A stretch of 64,000 nt of DNA from an uncultured Gammaproteobacteria bacterium. Lineage in GTDB: Bacteria; Patescibacteriota; Patescibacteriia; UBA9934. Positions 36,058 to 45,306 of this stretch are shown piece after piece. The position numbers and the translations under genes are program-made. The notes below the pieces were generated by a model. It saw nothing but the letters and a program-made list of their open reading frames with translations, made no database searches and was not told the DNA's origin. The first letter of the stretch is position 1, and the number at the start of each line of letters is the position of its first letter. Location of the stretch: positions 31,026 to 95,025 of the forward strand of contig CAZREA010000003.1 in the NCBI GenBank assembly GCA_964599455.1, given 5' to 3'.

Positions 36058-36312
36058 TATTCTCTATGGAGGTTTTGTTTTCTCCATCATTTGTTCGCCT
36101 GTTTAAGGTACTATCAGGGGCTCTTTAAGAAGAAGTTCTCGATAAAATCAAATTGTTTAGAGATGACTATCATCATTGAGCGTTAAAAGTCCATAAATTT
36201 ACCCACCAAACCCAAGAAGGCGTATTTGCTGGCGGTTGGAGACCATGATGTATACAGCACGTAGGTCACATTTCTCCTTCCGCCGCATAGATGATGGCGT
36301 AGGCCTATTTGT

Positions 36313-36825
36313 ATGAGCTCCATAAAATCATCGTTTGAACAGGAATTGCTACGGCTGTTTCCTGATATGTATAAGGAAATCTATCGCTATTTGGCGTATC
36401 GCATTGTGCAGCGTCAGGATGCCGAAGATGCGGTTGCCCGGGTTTTTATGAAAGCCTGGGAAAAATTGAATGGATATGATCCGGCACGCGGATCGCTTCG
36501 TGAATGGCTCATGGGGATCGCTAAAAACGAAATGAAAATGTATTGGCGTGGTCGGCGACCGACATGCAATCTTGATGATCTCGCCAATCTGCTCGTTGAT
36601 ACTTCATCGGAATATCGCGTTGCATTGCTCGATGATGAGCGGGCTGTTGCGGAAATCTTTGCCATGCTCGGTGATGAAGAAAAAGCATTGCTCGCCATGC
36701 ATTATCTCGATGGCATGACGTATGAAGAGATCGCCGCCATCGTTGATGCGCGTGTTCCCGCTATTCGCAAACGTGTGTCGCGAACACTGGCAATACTCCG
36801 GGAAACGTTTACTGAAATTTCTTAA
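36313..36825 (+). CDS. ECF-subfamily RNA polymerase sigma factor (sigma-70 regions 2 and 4)
   Basis: Region 2 'DAEDAVARVFMKAWEKL...REWLMGIAKN' and region 4 'LLAMHYLDGMTYEEIAAIVDARVPAIRKRVSR'. Confidence 0.8.
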   Translation: MSSIKSSFEQELLRLFPDMYKEIYRYLAYRIVQRQDAEDAVARVFMKAWEKLNGYDPARGSLREWLMGIAKNEMKMYWRGRRPTCNLDDLANLLVDTSSEYRVALLDDERAVAEIFAMLGDEEKALLAMHYLDGMTYEEIAAIVDARVPAIRKRVSRTLAILRETFTEIS

Positions 36826-36834
36826 TTCCTCTCT

Positions 36835-38112
36835 ATGTCTCAACATCTCAAACATTTGCTTCAAGCAGACATGGAATCTATGACCCCCAACGTTATGCTG
36901 GAGCAAAAGCTCGAAACACAATTACGCGAAAAGATTGTTCATCGCCGTTCGGGTTTTATGCGCATTTCGTTGTTTGTCGGAGCGGTATCATTGGCGCTTG
37001 TGGCGGTAGTTGTGACCAATATCCCGCAAAGCGGTCCGCCATCACTGATTGCGCAAGCGAATGCGGCGTATGCAGAACTACGCACAAAGCTTTCCGAGCC
37101 TGGTGCGGTCCGGCACATAGTGATGAAGACGGTGCTTGGTGAAGATGGAGAAACAATATCGTCTGAAAGTTGGGCAAATGGTGACTATACAAAGAATTTT
37201 ATGCAAATGAGCAACGACCACGTTGTGTTGCGGCTTGATGAAAAAATCTACATACCTTCTACCGATCTTGAAGAAAAATCGAATGATGAATGTAGAATTT
37301 CAAAAAAGGGTGATCAAATTTGCACGATTTCTTTTACTGAAGGTGAGATGCCTCCAGAGGAAGGTGTCGAAGGCGAGGGAAGTATGTTTACTTCTTTGAT
37401 TGGAGAGGTTGAGGAATTACCGAAGTATGTGATGACAACGCCAGAAAACGTGGTTAGCTTTCAACAATGGCTCGATCCACAGGATGAATCGGTTTTCTGT
37501 GTTGACGTGAAAGAAATTACTGAGGAACAACGGGCGGCACGAAAAACCATGAATGAAATACATTCGGCGAGCGAAGGTTTGAGCACGGGAGCCGGCAATA
37601 TCGAAGCGTTATTAAAGATTTTGGAGACATCAGCAAATATCACCGATCGAGGAGTGCAAATAGATGCTGAAGTTGGCGAGGTTCATTTGTACCGTATTTC
37701 TTACGGAACGATTGGTAACGATCCAAATGCGGTATCGGGATTTAATGAATTTGGTTTTGACCCCGATACAGGTATGTTGCGCATCATACGCCAGAGTTGG
37801 CTTGATGCTTCTGGTACAGAGCATAACGATGTCACCACGTACTTCATTGTTGATGAAGTGCTGAGTGCATATGAAATTTCGGAAGACTTTTTTTCTCCGG
37901 AATATCATGGTTTCGTTGAGATGGTCATACCAGAAGCTCTTGAGACCGAAAATCACCCAGAAGATCTTCCTGTTTACTTCTTGCAAAATGGGTGTTACCG
38001 AGAAGGGGGTGACGTACCCGAATGGCTTTCACCCCAAGAAGAAGCGGCTGCACGAGCTCGTATTGAAGCATTTGATTACGATACACCAAGTCTGGGTGGT
38101 GGTGGATGGTAA
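36835..38112 (+). CDS. Putative anti-sigma factor (single TM, large extracytoplasmic domain), co-located with the ECF sigma
   Basis: Begins 10 bp after the sigma gene. TM 'ISLFVGAVSLALVAVVV' at ~residues 45-62, and a terminator at 38120-38160. Confidence 0.5.
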   Translation: MSQHLKHLLQADMESMTPNVMLEQKLETQLREKIVHRRSGFMRISLFVGAVSLALVAVVVTNIPQSGPPSLIAQANAAYAELRTKLSEPGAVRHIVMKTVLGEDGETISSESWANGDYTKNFMQMSNDHVVLRLDEKIYIPSTDLEEKSNDECRISKKGDQICTISFTEGEMPPEEGVEGEGSMFTSLIGEVEELPKYVMTTPENVVSFQQWLDPQDESVFCVDVKEITEEQRAARKTMNEIHSASEGLSTGAGNIEALLKILETSANITDRGVQIDAEVGEVHLYRISYGTIGNDPNAVSGFNEFGFDPDTGMLRIIRQSWLDASGTEHNDVTTYFIVDEVLSAYEISEDFFSPEYHGFVEMVIPEALETENHPEDLPVYFLQNGCYREGGDVPEWLSPQEEAAARARIEAFDYDTPSLGGGGW

Positions 38113-38463
38113 AATGATAAACAAAAACGTCCCAAGTCGGGACGTTTTTTGTTTTCTGCGTTTTTTTGAATTTTTTCTTGCTATACTTTTCATCAGTTTA
38201 ATCTTCACCTCAATGTATGCAAAGTCAGGGCTCAAAACGTTCAAGAAAACAGATAGTCATGCTCGTTATTGGCGTGTTGCTCATTCTTGGTGTGTTATCG
38301 GGTGGAAATTTGCGCTCCATCGGCAACTGGAGCACCTCAGAATTGGTGGGTTATAACCTCACTACGTTGATTGCTCTTTTTGGCGGTGGGTATCTGATCT
38401 ATCGAGGTTTGAAGAAATAGCTCTGCGAACGAAGGACCGCATCGAAAGGTGCGGTCTTCCTTT

Positions 38464-39024
38464 TTATAAAGCAGAAATTTTGCGAAAAAGATTGAGAAAG
38501 ATTTCATCACCATCGGTTTGTTCGATGAATTGTTCCGGATGAAATTGAAAGCCATAGATCAAGCGTTCATGATGCTTGATTGCTTCGTAACCATGCGGAG
38601 ATTGCGCAAGCGGAATAAAATTTTTAGGCAGAGCTTTCATCAACCAGCGATGATTTTCGTAGACACGTAAATGTCTACGACTTTGGAAGATTTCATCTGG
38701 ATAGACAATGTCGATATCAAGAATCCCTTTGTGAGATGGTCCTTTTTCGAGTGTTCCGCCAAAGGCTGTTGCAATCACTTCACAACCGTAACAAATGCCA
38801 ATGATGGGTTTCATTGTTTCGCGAATGATGCGCATTTCATCTCGCAGATTATTTTCATTCCCCACGATTTCGAATTTACTCCCACCCGATAAAATCACTA
38901 AATCAAACGCGTTGCCATCGATATTTTTGAGATCTTCGCACACATGTTCTATGCAATGTTCAGGAATAAGCTGTTCCAACTTTTTTAAAAGCGTCGTGTG
39001 ATTGTCGATGAGAAGAATCTGCAT
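38464..39024 (-). CDS. Class I glutamine amidotransferase (GATase1) domain protein
   Basis: Catalytic triad context 'GICYGCE' (Cys), 'FQFHPE' (His-x-Glu). Start at the ATG at 39024 ('MQILLIDNH'); a bidirectional terminator lies at 38425-38462. Confidence 0.75.
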   Translation of the reverse strand: MQILLIDNHTTLLKKLEQLIPEHCIEHVCEDLKNIDGNAFDLVILSGGSKFEIVGNENNLRDEMRIIRETMKPIIGICYGCEVIATAFGGTLEKGPSHKGILDIDIVYPDEIFQSRRHLRVYENHRWLMKALPKNFIPLAQSPHGYEAIKHHERLIYGFQFHPEQFIEQTDGDEIFLNLFRKISAL

Positions 39025-39064
39025 AAAATATCTCGATACATGATACTCTACAGCAGCAAGATAT

Positions 39065-39415
39065 ATGAAGAAAAGAATTGCGGGAGGTGTGTTGGCTGTT
39101 GTGGGATTTCTCCTGTCGCCGTTATCGTGGTGGAATGATTTGCTTATTAATATTCCATTGGCGTATTTATTTGCCGTGCCTTTTGGTTTCATCTCGCGAA
39201 GTTTATTTTTACCCGCGATGATTTTGGGATATTGGCTCACCAATCTGCTCGGTTTTCTCCTTATGCATCACGGCATCAAATTGGCAGGAAAAAAAGAATC
39301 AACGAAACGAGAAATAAGAAAAGATATTCTTTTATCATTGGGATATACGATTCTCATTAGTATCTTGATTGCCGCCGGGGTTATTCGTTTCCCTACGGAA
39401 TACTTTTCGTCGTGA
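39065..39415 (+). CDS. Small membrane protein (116 aa, 3-4 TM)
   Basis: ORF with hydrophobic helices. Confidence 0.4.
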   Translation: MKKRIAGGVLAVVGFLLSPLSWWNDLLINIPLAYLFAVPFGFISRSLFLPAMILGYWLTNLLGFLLMHHGIKLAGKKESTKREIRKDILLSLGYTILISILIAAGVIRFPTEYFSS

Positions 39416-39476
39416 TGAATATTTTTTTATTTTGTGGTAATTTATACTAAGCAAAAGGAATTTTTCTCTTCACCGT

Positions 39477-40361
39477 ATGTCTTCTATTCGCAAAGCCATC
39501 ATTCCTGTTGCCGGTATGGGAACGCGTTTCCTGCCCGCAACCAAAGCACAGCCAAAAGAAATGTTGCCGGTTGTCGACAAGCCGGTTATTCAATATATCG
39601 TCGAAGAAGCGGTGGCGGCTGGGATCGAAGAGATTATTTTCGTGACTGCTATTGGCAAGCGTGCACTTGAGGATCATTTTGATCGCAATTTTGAGTTGGA
39701 ATATCGTCTTGAGCAGAAGAACAAAATGAAAGAGCTGGAAGCGATTCAAGAGGTAGGAAAGTTGGCAAAATTTGCCTTTGTGCGTCAGCAAAAGCCATTG
39801 GGTGATGGGCATGCAATTTTGGCCGCACTGCCGTTTGTGAAAGAAAATGAATCGGTAGCAGTTTTTTTTGGTGATGACATTATTCATGGTGAGACGCCAG
39901 CCATAAAGCAATTAATGGATAGTGCCGAGCGTTTGCATGGTTCGGTGATTGCCTTGCAGAGCGTTCCCAAAGAATCGGTTTCCAGCTATGGCGTGATTGC
40001 TGGTACGCAGATGAGCGATCGAGAATGGAAGATTTCCGGTTTCGTCGAAAAGCCAAAACCAAAAGATGCACCTTCAAATCTTGCTTTTGTTGGAAGGGCT
40101 CTTCTCACGCCAGACATTTTGAACCTTCTTAAAACGCAAGAACCAGGAAAAGATGGCGAAATTCGTCTTGCCGATGCCTTTGCCACGCATTTAGCACAGG
40201 GAGGTGATTTATATGGGAATGCATTTGTTGGTGATCGTTACGATTGCGGGAATAAATTGCAATTTATTATTGCGCAAATTGAATTAGGTTTGTTGCATCC
40301 CGAAGTTGCGGAGGGATTAAAGGAATATTTGGCTGGAAGAACAGATGAACACAGATTTTAA
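39477..40361 (+). CDS. galU: UTP-glucose-1-phosphate uridylyltransferase
   Basis: 'KAIIPVAGMGTRFLPATKAQPKEMLPVVDKPVIQYIVEEA' is the classic GalU N-terminus; 294 aa. Confidence 0.85.
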   Translation: MSSIRKAIIPVAGMGTRFLPATKAQPKEMLPVVDKPVIQYIVEEAVAAGIEEIIFVTAIGKRALEDHFDRNFELEYRLEQKNKMKELEAIQEVGKLAKFAFVRQQKPLGDGHAILAALPFVKENESVAVFFGDDIIHGETPAIKQLMDSAERLHGSVIALQSVPKESVSSYGVIAGTQMSDREWKISGFVEKPKPKDAPSNLAFVGRALLTPDILNLLKTQEPGKDGEIRLADAFATHLAQGGDLYGNAFVGDRYDCGNKLQFIIAQIELGLLHPEVAEGLKEYLAGRTDEHRF

Positions 40362-40467
40362 GAAATGCGGACAGATATGACGGCTGTTGAATTTCGCGTC
40401 ATCCTGACGTCGAAGATAGGAGACGGAAGGGTCTTGTAGTTCATAAGATTCACCGCATCGCATTCTT

Positions 40468-41121
40468 ATGATCATTACTCCCATTTTTTCTTTGTTTCTT
40501 TTTATCCCCTTCACACTTCTTTTTTTCTGTGCATTTATCCTGACGGTATTGTGGGCGTGGAGTATTTTAGGTTCGCATAAAGCACCCTATGTACCGTTGC
40601 CGCCCGAAGCCTTGCCGGGCATTTGCGATGCGTTGCAAATCGCCAAGGGAAGTGTGGTGTATGATATGGGATGTGGCGATGGTCGCATCCTCTTTTTGTG
40701 CGCAGAAAAGCATCCTGACGCACACTATATCGGCATTGAAAAAGCCTTGTTTCCGCACATGCTTTCGCTCTGGCGAATGAGTATGCGGAAAGCATCTCCT
40801 TTCTACCAGAGCCTGTCTCGAGCTCAGCGAGGGAAGGGGGAGGCCCGAGGCGAAGCGAAAACAACCTTTCTTCGCACCGATATGTTCTCGATTTCAGTTG
40901 AGGATGCAGATCGCATCGTCTTGTATCTGCTCCCAGGACTCATGGGTGATGTTCTTGAAAAATTGCGACGTGAAGTCAGGCCTGGGACACGGGTTGTGGC
41001 TGTCGATTTTCCGTTCACTCCTCTGTCCCCCTCGTCTTCTCCCACCCTCTCCTCTACCATCGAACAAACTCATCTTCCTCTGCACATGCGAGGCCGCATG
41101 CTCTATGTCTATACATTTTAA
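40468..41121 (+). CDS. Class I SAM-dependent methyltransferase with an N-terminal TM helix
   Basis: Motif I 'VVYDMGCGDGRILF'. Confidence 0.6.
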   Translation: MIITPIFSLFLFIPFTLLFFCAFILTVLWAWSILGSHKAPYVPLPPEALPGICDALQIAKGSVVYDMGCGDGRILFLCAEKHPDAHYIGIEKALFPHMLSLWRMSMRKASPFYQSLSRAQRGKGEARGEAKTTFLRTDMFSISVEDADRIVLYLLPGLMGDVLEKLRREVRPGTRVVAVDFPFTPLSPSSSPTLSSTIEQTHLPLHMRGRMLYVYTF

Positions 41122-42523
41122 CCGATTTGACCGCCTTAACCGATTCCGTCGCCTCTTTTCTGTTTTTTTGGCGATCATGATGCTGGTTACGCTTGGCGCG
41201 GGCTGCGGGCAATCGCAAAAACCCTCAACAGCCGAAAAAGTCACCTTAAAATATTGGCGCGTCTTTGATGGGGAGGATGCCTTTGATGAAATTATTGATG
41301 CCTACGAGGCGCAGCATCCATACGTGAATATCGACTACAAAGTGCTTCGCTATGAAGAATATGCCGATGAACTGATCCGTGCACTTGCGGCGGGCGAAGG
41401 CCCGGATATTTTTACCGTTACCAATACTGACTTGATTCAGTATCAAGACCTCTTAATGCCGATGCCGGAATCTGTCAGTATTAAGTTTTTGGAAACCGTT
41501 GGCACGGTCCGCAAAGAAACTGTACTCACCACAAAGGAAATCGCCATGCCTTCACAAAAGACGATCAAACAGGATTTTGTTGATGTTGTTGCACATGACG
41601 TGATTTTGCCCTATCAGCCCGATCCCGATGAAGCGGCAGTTGATCGAGTGTACGGCTTGCCACTCGCACTCGACACGCTCGCACTCTTTTATAATAAAGA
41701 TCTGTTTAATGCTGCGGGTATCGCCCAGCCTCCCGAAACCTGGGAAGCTTTTCAGGAAAATGTTGCCGCTCTGACCACACTTTCGAGTACCGGCGAAGTC
41801 ACGCAATCCGGTGCTGCCCTGGGCACGACCGCAAACGTTGAGCGTGCCGCCGACATTGTGCAGGTTTTAATGCTGCAGAACGGTGCACCGATGCTCGATG
41901 AACGTGGTCGCATTGCCTTTCATACCATTCCCGACGGCACCGAGCCCGGTGTCTTTCCCGGTTTAGATGCGGTGCGTTTTTATACGGACTTTGCAAATCC
42001 CGTAAAGAAAACCTATACCTGGAACGATACATTCTCTAGTTCTTTTGAAGCTTTTGCCAGTGGCCAAACGGCTATGATGTTGGGCTATAGTTATGATATT
42101 GCGCTTTTAAAGGCTGCGGCTCCAAAACTCAACTTTGCCATTTCATCCTTGCCACAAATTGCGACCGGTAAAGAGGTAAATTTTGCTCATTATTGGATTG
42201 AGACCGTGGCAAAAAATACCGAGCATCCCAATGAAGCCTGGAGTTTCTTGCAATTTGCAACTTCCGAAGAGCACGTAGACTCGTATTTAGAAGAAGCACA
42301 AAAGCCAACGGCGCTGCGCGCACTGCTAAGTACCCAAGTGAACGATGACATGCTCGCACCGTTTGCCGGGCAGGTGTTGACTGCAGAAAGTTGGTATAAA
42401 GGTATTGATGCAGCCGCAATGGAGGCGGCATTTGCGACGCTGGCAAACACCGTTCTTGCCGATTCCACGCAAGGTGAACGTGCCATGAGCCAAGCAGCCA
42501 AAGTTGTCTCACAGACATTGTAG
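41105..42523 (+). CDS. ABC transporter extracellular solute-binding lipoprotein (sugar-type SBP family 1)
   Basis: Lipobox 'LAIMMLVTLGAGCGQ'. Start taken at ATG 41105, since the ORF-track 5' extension overlaps the MTase. No cognate permease/ATPase is adjacent. Confidence 0.7.
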   Translation: MSIHFNRFDRLNRFRRLFSVFLAIMMLVTLGAGCGQSQKPSTAEKVTLKYWRVFDGEDAFDEIIDAYEAQHPYVNIDYKVLRYEEYADELIRALAAGEGPDIFTVTNTDLIQYQDLLMPMPESVSIKFLETVGTVRKETVLTTKEIAMPSQKTIKQDFVDVVAHDVILPYQPDPDEAAVDRVYGLPLALDTLALFYNKDLFNAAGIAQPPETWEAFQENVAALTTLSSTGEVTQSGAALGTTANVERAADIVQVLMLQNGAPMLDERGRIAFHTIPDGTEPGVFPGLDAVRFYTDFANPVKKTYTWNDTFSSSFEAFASGQTAMMLGYSYDIALLKAAAPKLNFAISSLPQIATGKEVNFAHYWIETVAKNTEHPNEAWSFLQFATSEEHVDSYLEEAQKPTALRALLSTQVNDDMLAPFAGQVLTAESWYKGIDAAAMEAAFATLANTVLADSTQGERAMSQAAKVVSQTL

Positions 42524-42526
42524 GTT

Positions 42527-43093
42527 GTGTTACACTATTCCCATATGTTGCGTTGGCAGCTGCGAGTTATTCCTTTTTTGCTCGGTGCATTTTTGCTATT
42601 ACCACGTTTAGCATTTGCGCAAACCGCGGTCGATGTCGGTACGGGATATGACAACATTACCAGGGTGGGAATCATATTCGCCAATATTTGTGACAGTGCG
42701 CCACCGGAAGATAAGACGAAAGATGATTGTCAGTGTCGCGCAACGGGACAGTGCTCGCTTGCGAATGTCCTCCAAATCTTTGTAAACCTAAGCATTTTCC
42801 TTCTGGGTATTTGCGGATCGATTGCCTTGGTAATGTTTTTTTATGGAGGTTGGAATTGGGTGTTCGCACAGGGCCGCCCGGAATATATTCAGGCCGGAAA
42901 AGATACCATGAAGCACGCAATCATTGGTCTAGCGATTATTTTTGGTGCCTACTCAGCCATTAATCTCGTTATTGCCATTTTGGGAGGAATTGATCCAGGA
43001 ACAAGTATTGAAGAGACCATTAATAACCTTGATGTTGAGAAAAATGGAGAAGATGTGGATATCAATGCAGACAGTGTCCTCAATAGTCAATAA
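42527..43093 (+). CDS. VirB2/TrbC-like 'T4SS pilin' family pre-protein, paralog 1 (longest; Cys-rich insert and acidic C-tail)
   Basis: Sec signal (..RLAFA-Q), then two hydrophobic helices split by a short polar loop, 'ILLGICGSIALVMFFYGGWNWVFAQGRPEY...IIGLAIIFGAYSAINLVI'. Same layout as the five downstream paralogs. Confidence 0.6.
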   Translation: MLHYSHMLRWQLRVIPFLLGAFLLLPRLAFAQTAVDVGTGYDNITRVGIIFANICDSAPPEDKTKDDCQCRATGQCSLANVLQIFVNLSIFLLGICGSIALVMFFYGGWNWVFAQGRPEYIQAGKDTMKHAIIGLAIIFGAYSAINLVIAILGGIDPGTSIEETINNLDVEKNGEDVDINADSVLNSQ

Positions 43094-43098
43094 AATCT

Positions 43099-43476
43099 AT
43101 GTTCAGACGTTTCTTTCTTTTTCTTATCATCAGTGCCGTCATGGTCTTGCCGGTTTTTGTTGATGCGCAGACAACTTCAAGCACCGCAAGTACGACGACA
43201 TCATCGACGGTTTATCTCATCGACCCGCTTGGTGAAACCGATCCGCGAGCACTGATCGGTCGTGTGATCAGTGGAGTATTGTCGATTATCGGTTCGATTG
43301 CACTGCTGATGTTCTTCTATGGTGGCGTGTTGTGGGTTACGGCCATGGGTGATGCTAAAAAGGTTGATCGCGGCAAGCATATTTTAGTCTGGACAACGTT
43401 GGGTTTAGGGCTCATTGCGGGTTCGTACGTGTTTGTGAACGCTATCATAAAGGCCTTTACCACAGGGTCGGCGTAA
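43099..43476 (+). CDS. VirB2/TrbC-like T4SS pilin family pre-protein, paralog 2
   Basis: Signal 'VFVDA-Q', then 'VISGVLSIIGSIALLMFFYGGVLWVTAMGDAKKVDRGKHILVWTTLGLGLIAGSYVFVNAII'. Confidence 0.6.
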   Translation: MFRRFFLFLIISAVMVLPVFVDAQTTSSTASTTTSSTVYLIDPLGETDPRALIGRVISGVLSIIGSIALLMFFYGGVLWVTAMGDAKKVDRGKHILVWTTLGLGLIAGSYVFVNAIIKAFTTGSA

Positions 43477-43525
43477 AGCGGAAAAAAATACGGTATACTA
43501 TATAAGAATTTTATTTTTTATCTCT

Positions 43526-43921
43526 ATGTTGCAAAATCTTTCACGTTTTTTTGTGAGCGTTATGTTCGGTGCATTGCTCGCGTTACCGTTCGTGGGCCCG
43601 GCCTTTGTTGCGCACGCGCAGCCGCTCGAAGCTGAAGATTTTCTCAGCGACGACTTCTCGGATGCGACCGGACTCGGACAGGCAGATTTACAAGAAACGA
43701 TCGGGAATCTTATCCGCATCGCTCTTGGGTTCCTGGGTGTTGTCACGGTCTGCATCATTTTGTACGCCGGTTTCAAATGGATGACTGCGGGTGGCAATGA
43801 TGATAAAGTTGGTGAAGCTAAGCGTATGATGATTTCTGGTTTGATTGGTTTGGCTATTATCTTAGCTGCGTACGCTATCTCAAGTTTCGTGATCACGTCA
43901 GTTATTTCTGCAACGTCCTAA
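43526..43921 (+). CDS. VirB2/TrbC-like T4SS pilin family pre-protein, paralog 3
   Basis: Signal 'AFVAHA-Q', then 'LIRIALGFLGVVTVCIILYAGFKWMTAGGNDDKVGEAKRMMISGLIGLAIILAAYAISSFVI'. Confidence 0.6.
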   Translation: MLQNLSRFFVSVMFGALLALPFVGPAFVAHAQPLEAEDFLSDDFSDATGLGQADLQETIGNLIRIALGFLGVVTVCIILYAGFKWMTAGGNDDKVGEAKRMMISGLIGLAIILAAYAISSFVITSVISATS

Positions 43922-43965
43922 CTCTCAGGCGGGTTTTCGCCCGCCGGTCATCACGAACACGAAGT

Positions 43966-44364
43966 GTGTACGTGGTCTCCGCTATGCGAAAACTGGTCAT
44001 GTTGTTTTTGAGTGGCGTTTTTGTGGTATTGCCGACGGTGGCTTTTGCGGATTTTAGCGTTGATAATAGTGGATTAAGTGAGACAACAAAGGCGGGATAT
44101 GGATCTAGTATTGATATTTCTACGGTTTCACTACCAACCTTTATTGGTACGTATGTTATTCAGCCGGTTTTAGGCATTACGGGAACATTATTGTTCGCAC
44201 TTATGACCTATGCGGGCTTTTTGTGGACAACGGCACAAGGTGATCCAAAAAGAGTACAAAAAGCAAAAGATATTCTTACACAATGTATCGTGGGAACCGT
44301 AATCCTGGTCTGCGCGTACGCACTATCAACGTTTGTTATTTCTTCACTTACTCCGGCAATCTAA
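43966..44364 (+). CDS. VirB2/TrbC-like T4SS pilin family pre-protein, paralog 4
   Basis: Signal 'TVAFA-D', then 'LLFALMTYAGFLWTTAQGDPKRVQKAKDILTQCIVGTVILVCAYALSTFVI'. Confidence 0.6.
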   Translation: MYVVSAMRKLVMLFLSGVFVVLPTVAFADFSVDNSGLSETTKAGYGSSIDISTVSLPTFIGTYVIQPVLGITGTLLFALMTYAGFLWTTAQGDPKRVQKAKDILTQCIVGTVILVCAYALSTFVISSLTPAI

Positions 44365-44367
44365 GCT

Positions 44368-44763
44368 ATGCACCTAAGAAAGATCCTTACTCTCGTTGCC
44401 TTATTTCTCTTTTTTGGAGGAATAACGAAACCGGCATACGCTTTCAGTTTGGGAACGGATAAATTACAACAAGCGGGAACCGGTGCGGGTATCACTCCTG
44501 GTTCAGTTTTTGCAGATCTCCCGGTTTTGATTGGAACGATCATCAGCATCATTCTCAATCTTTTAGGCGTCATTTTTTTGGTACTCTTTATTTACGCCGG
44601 TATTTTGTGGATGACCTCGCAGGGCGATCCAAAGCAAGTTACCAAGGCAAAGGATATTATGCGAGCAGCGGTGATTGGGCTTATCCTTACATTGTCGGCG
44701 TATGGTATTTCGCAAATAGTCATTGTTTGGTTGACAGGTGACCTGGGAACCGGAGGTGTTTAA
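44368..44763 (+). CDS. VirB2/TrbC-like T4SS pilin family pre-protein, paralog 5
   Basis: Signal 'KPAYA-F', then 'ILNLLGVIFLVLFIYAGILWMTSQGDPKQVTKAKDIMRAAVIGLILTLSAYGISQIVI'. Confidence 0.6.
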   Translation: MHLRKILTLVALFLFFGGITKPAYAFSLGTDKLQQAGTGAGITPGSVFADLPVLIGTIISIILNLLGVIFLVLFIYAGILWMTSQGDPKQVTKAKDIMRAAVIGLILTLSAYGISQIVIVWLTGDLGTGGV

Positions 44764-44831
44764 CACAATCTATCCACACGCACTTTTGAACGTATCCATT
44801 TGTGATACAATATCTTTATCAAATATCCTCT

Positions 44832-45209
44832 ATGAAAAAATGGAAATATCTCGTAGCTTCCGCAGCCTTGGCTGCCGCACCATTTGCCGCTTCGTTGCCC
44901 GCACATGCAGCAGACCTCAATCTGCAAGATTCGCTTGGTGATGTCGGTGACGAAACCGGCCTGAGTGACAATGATTTGACGGTGACTATTGGTACGCTTA
45001 TCAATATTGCACTTAGCTTGTTGGGCATCGTCTTTTTGGGCCTTACCTTGTACGCGGGTTGGTTGTGGATGACGGCCGCCGGCGACCCCAAGCAAACACA
45101 AAAAGCTCGCGACATTCTTGTTACCGCAGTTGTAGGTTTGGTCATTCTCTTGTCTGCCTACGCTATTTCCAATTTCGTCATCGAGCAAGTACAAACAGCT
45201 GTTACCTAA
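44832..45209 (+). CDS. VirB2/TrbC-like T4SS pilin family pre-protein, paralog 6
   Basis: Start at 'MKKWKYL'. Signal 'LPAHA-A', then 'LINIALSLLGIVFLGLTLYAGWLWMTAAGDPKQTQKARDILVTAVVGLVILLSAYAISNFVI'. Terminator at 45212-45253. Confidence 0.6.
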   Translation: MKKWKYLVASAALAAAPFAASLPAHAADLNLQDSLGDVGDETGLSDNDLTVTIGTLINIALSLLGIVFLGLTLYAGWLWMTAAGDPKQTQKARDILVTAVVGLVILLSAYAISNFVIEQVQTAVT

Positions 45210-45211
45210 AA

Positions 45212-45253
45212 AAATCAAAAAACCTCCCGAATTCGGGAGGTTTTTTGATTTTA
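45212..45253. terminator. Intrinsic terminator closing the pilin array (aaaaaacctcccgaattcgggaggtttttt)
   Basis: Perfect hairpin plus a T-run. Confidence 0.65.
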
Positions 45254-45306
45254 AAGAGCAGAATCAAGAGATCTTTCGATGATAAAATGTTCTCACCTCG
45301 GAATAT

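Noticed and set aside
40898-41104. 5' extension of the solute-binding protein ORF overlapping the methyltransferase
   Set aside because: The lipoprotein signal peptide begins at ATG 41105. The upstream part is the MTase 3' end read in another frame.
43498-44766. Antisense ORFs across the pilin paralogs (43498-43896, 44361-44573, 44563-44766, 44760-45218)
   Set aside because: They are opposite-strand shadows of well-structured pilin genes and have no signal or TM logic of their own.
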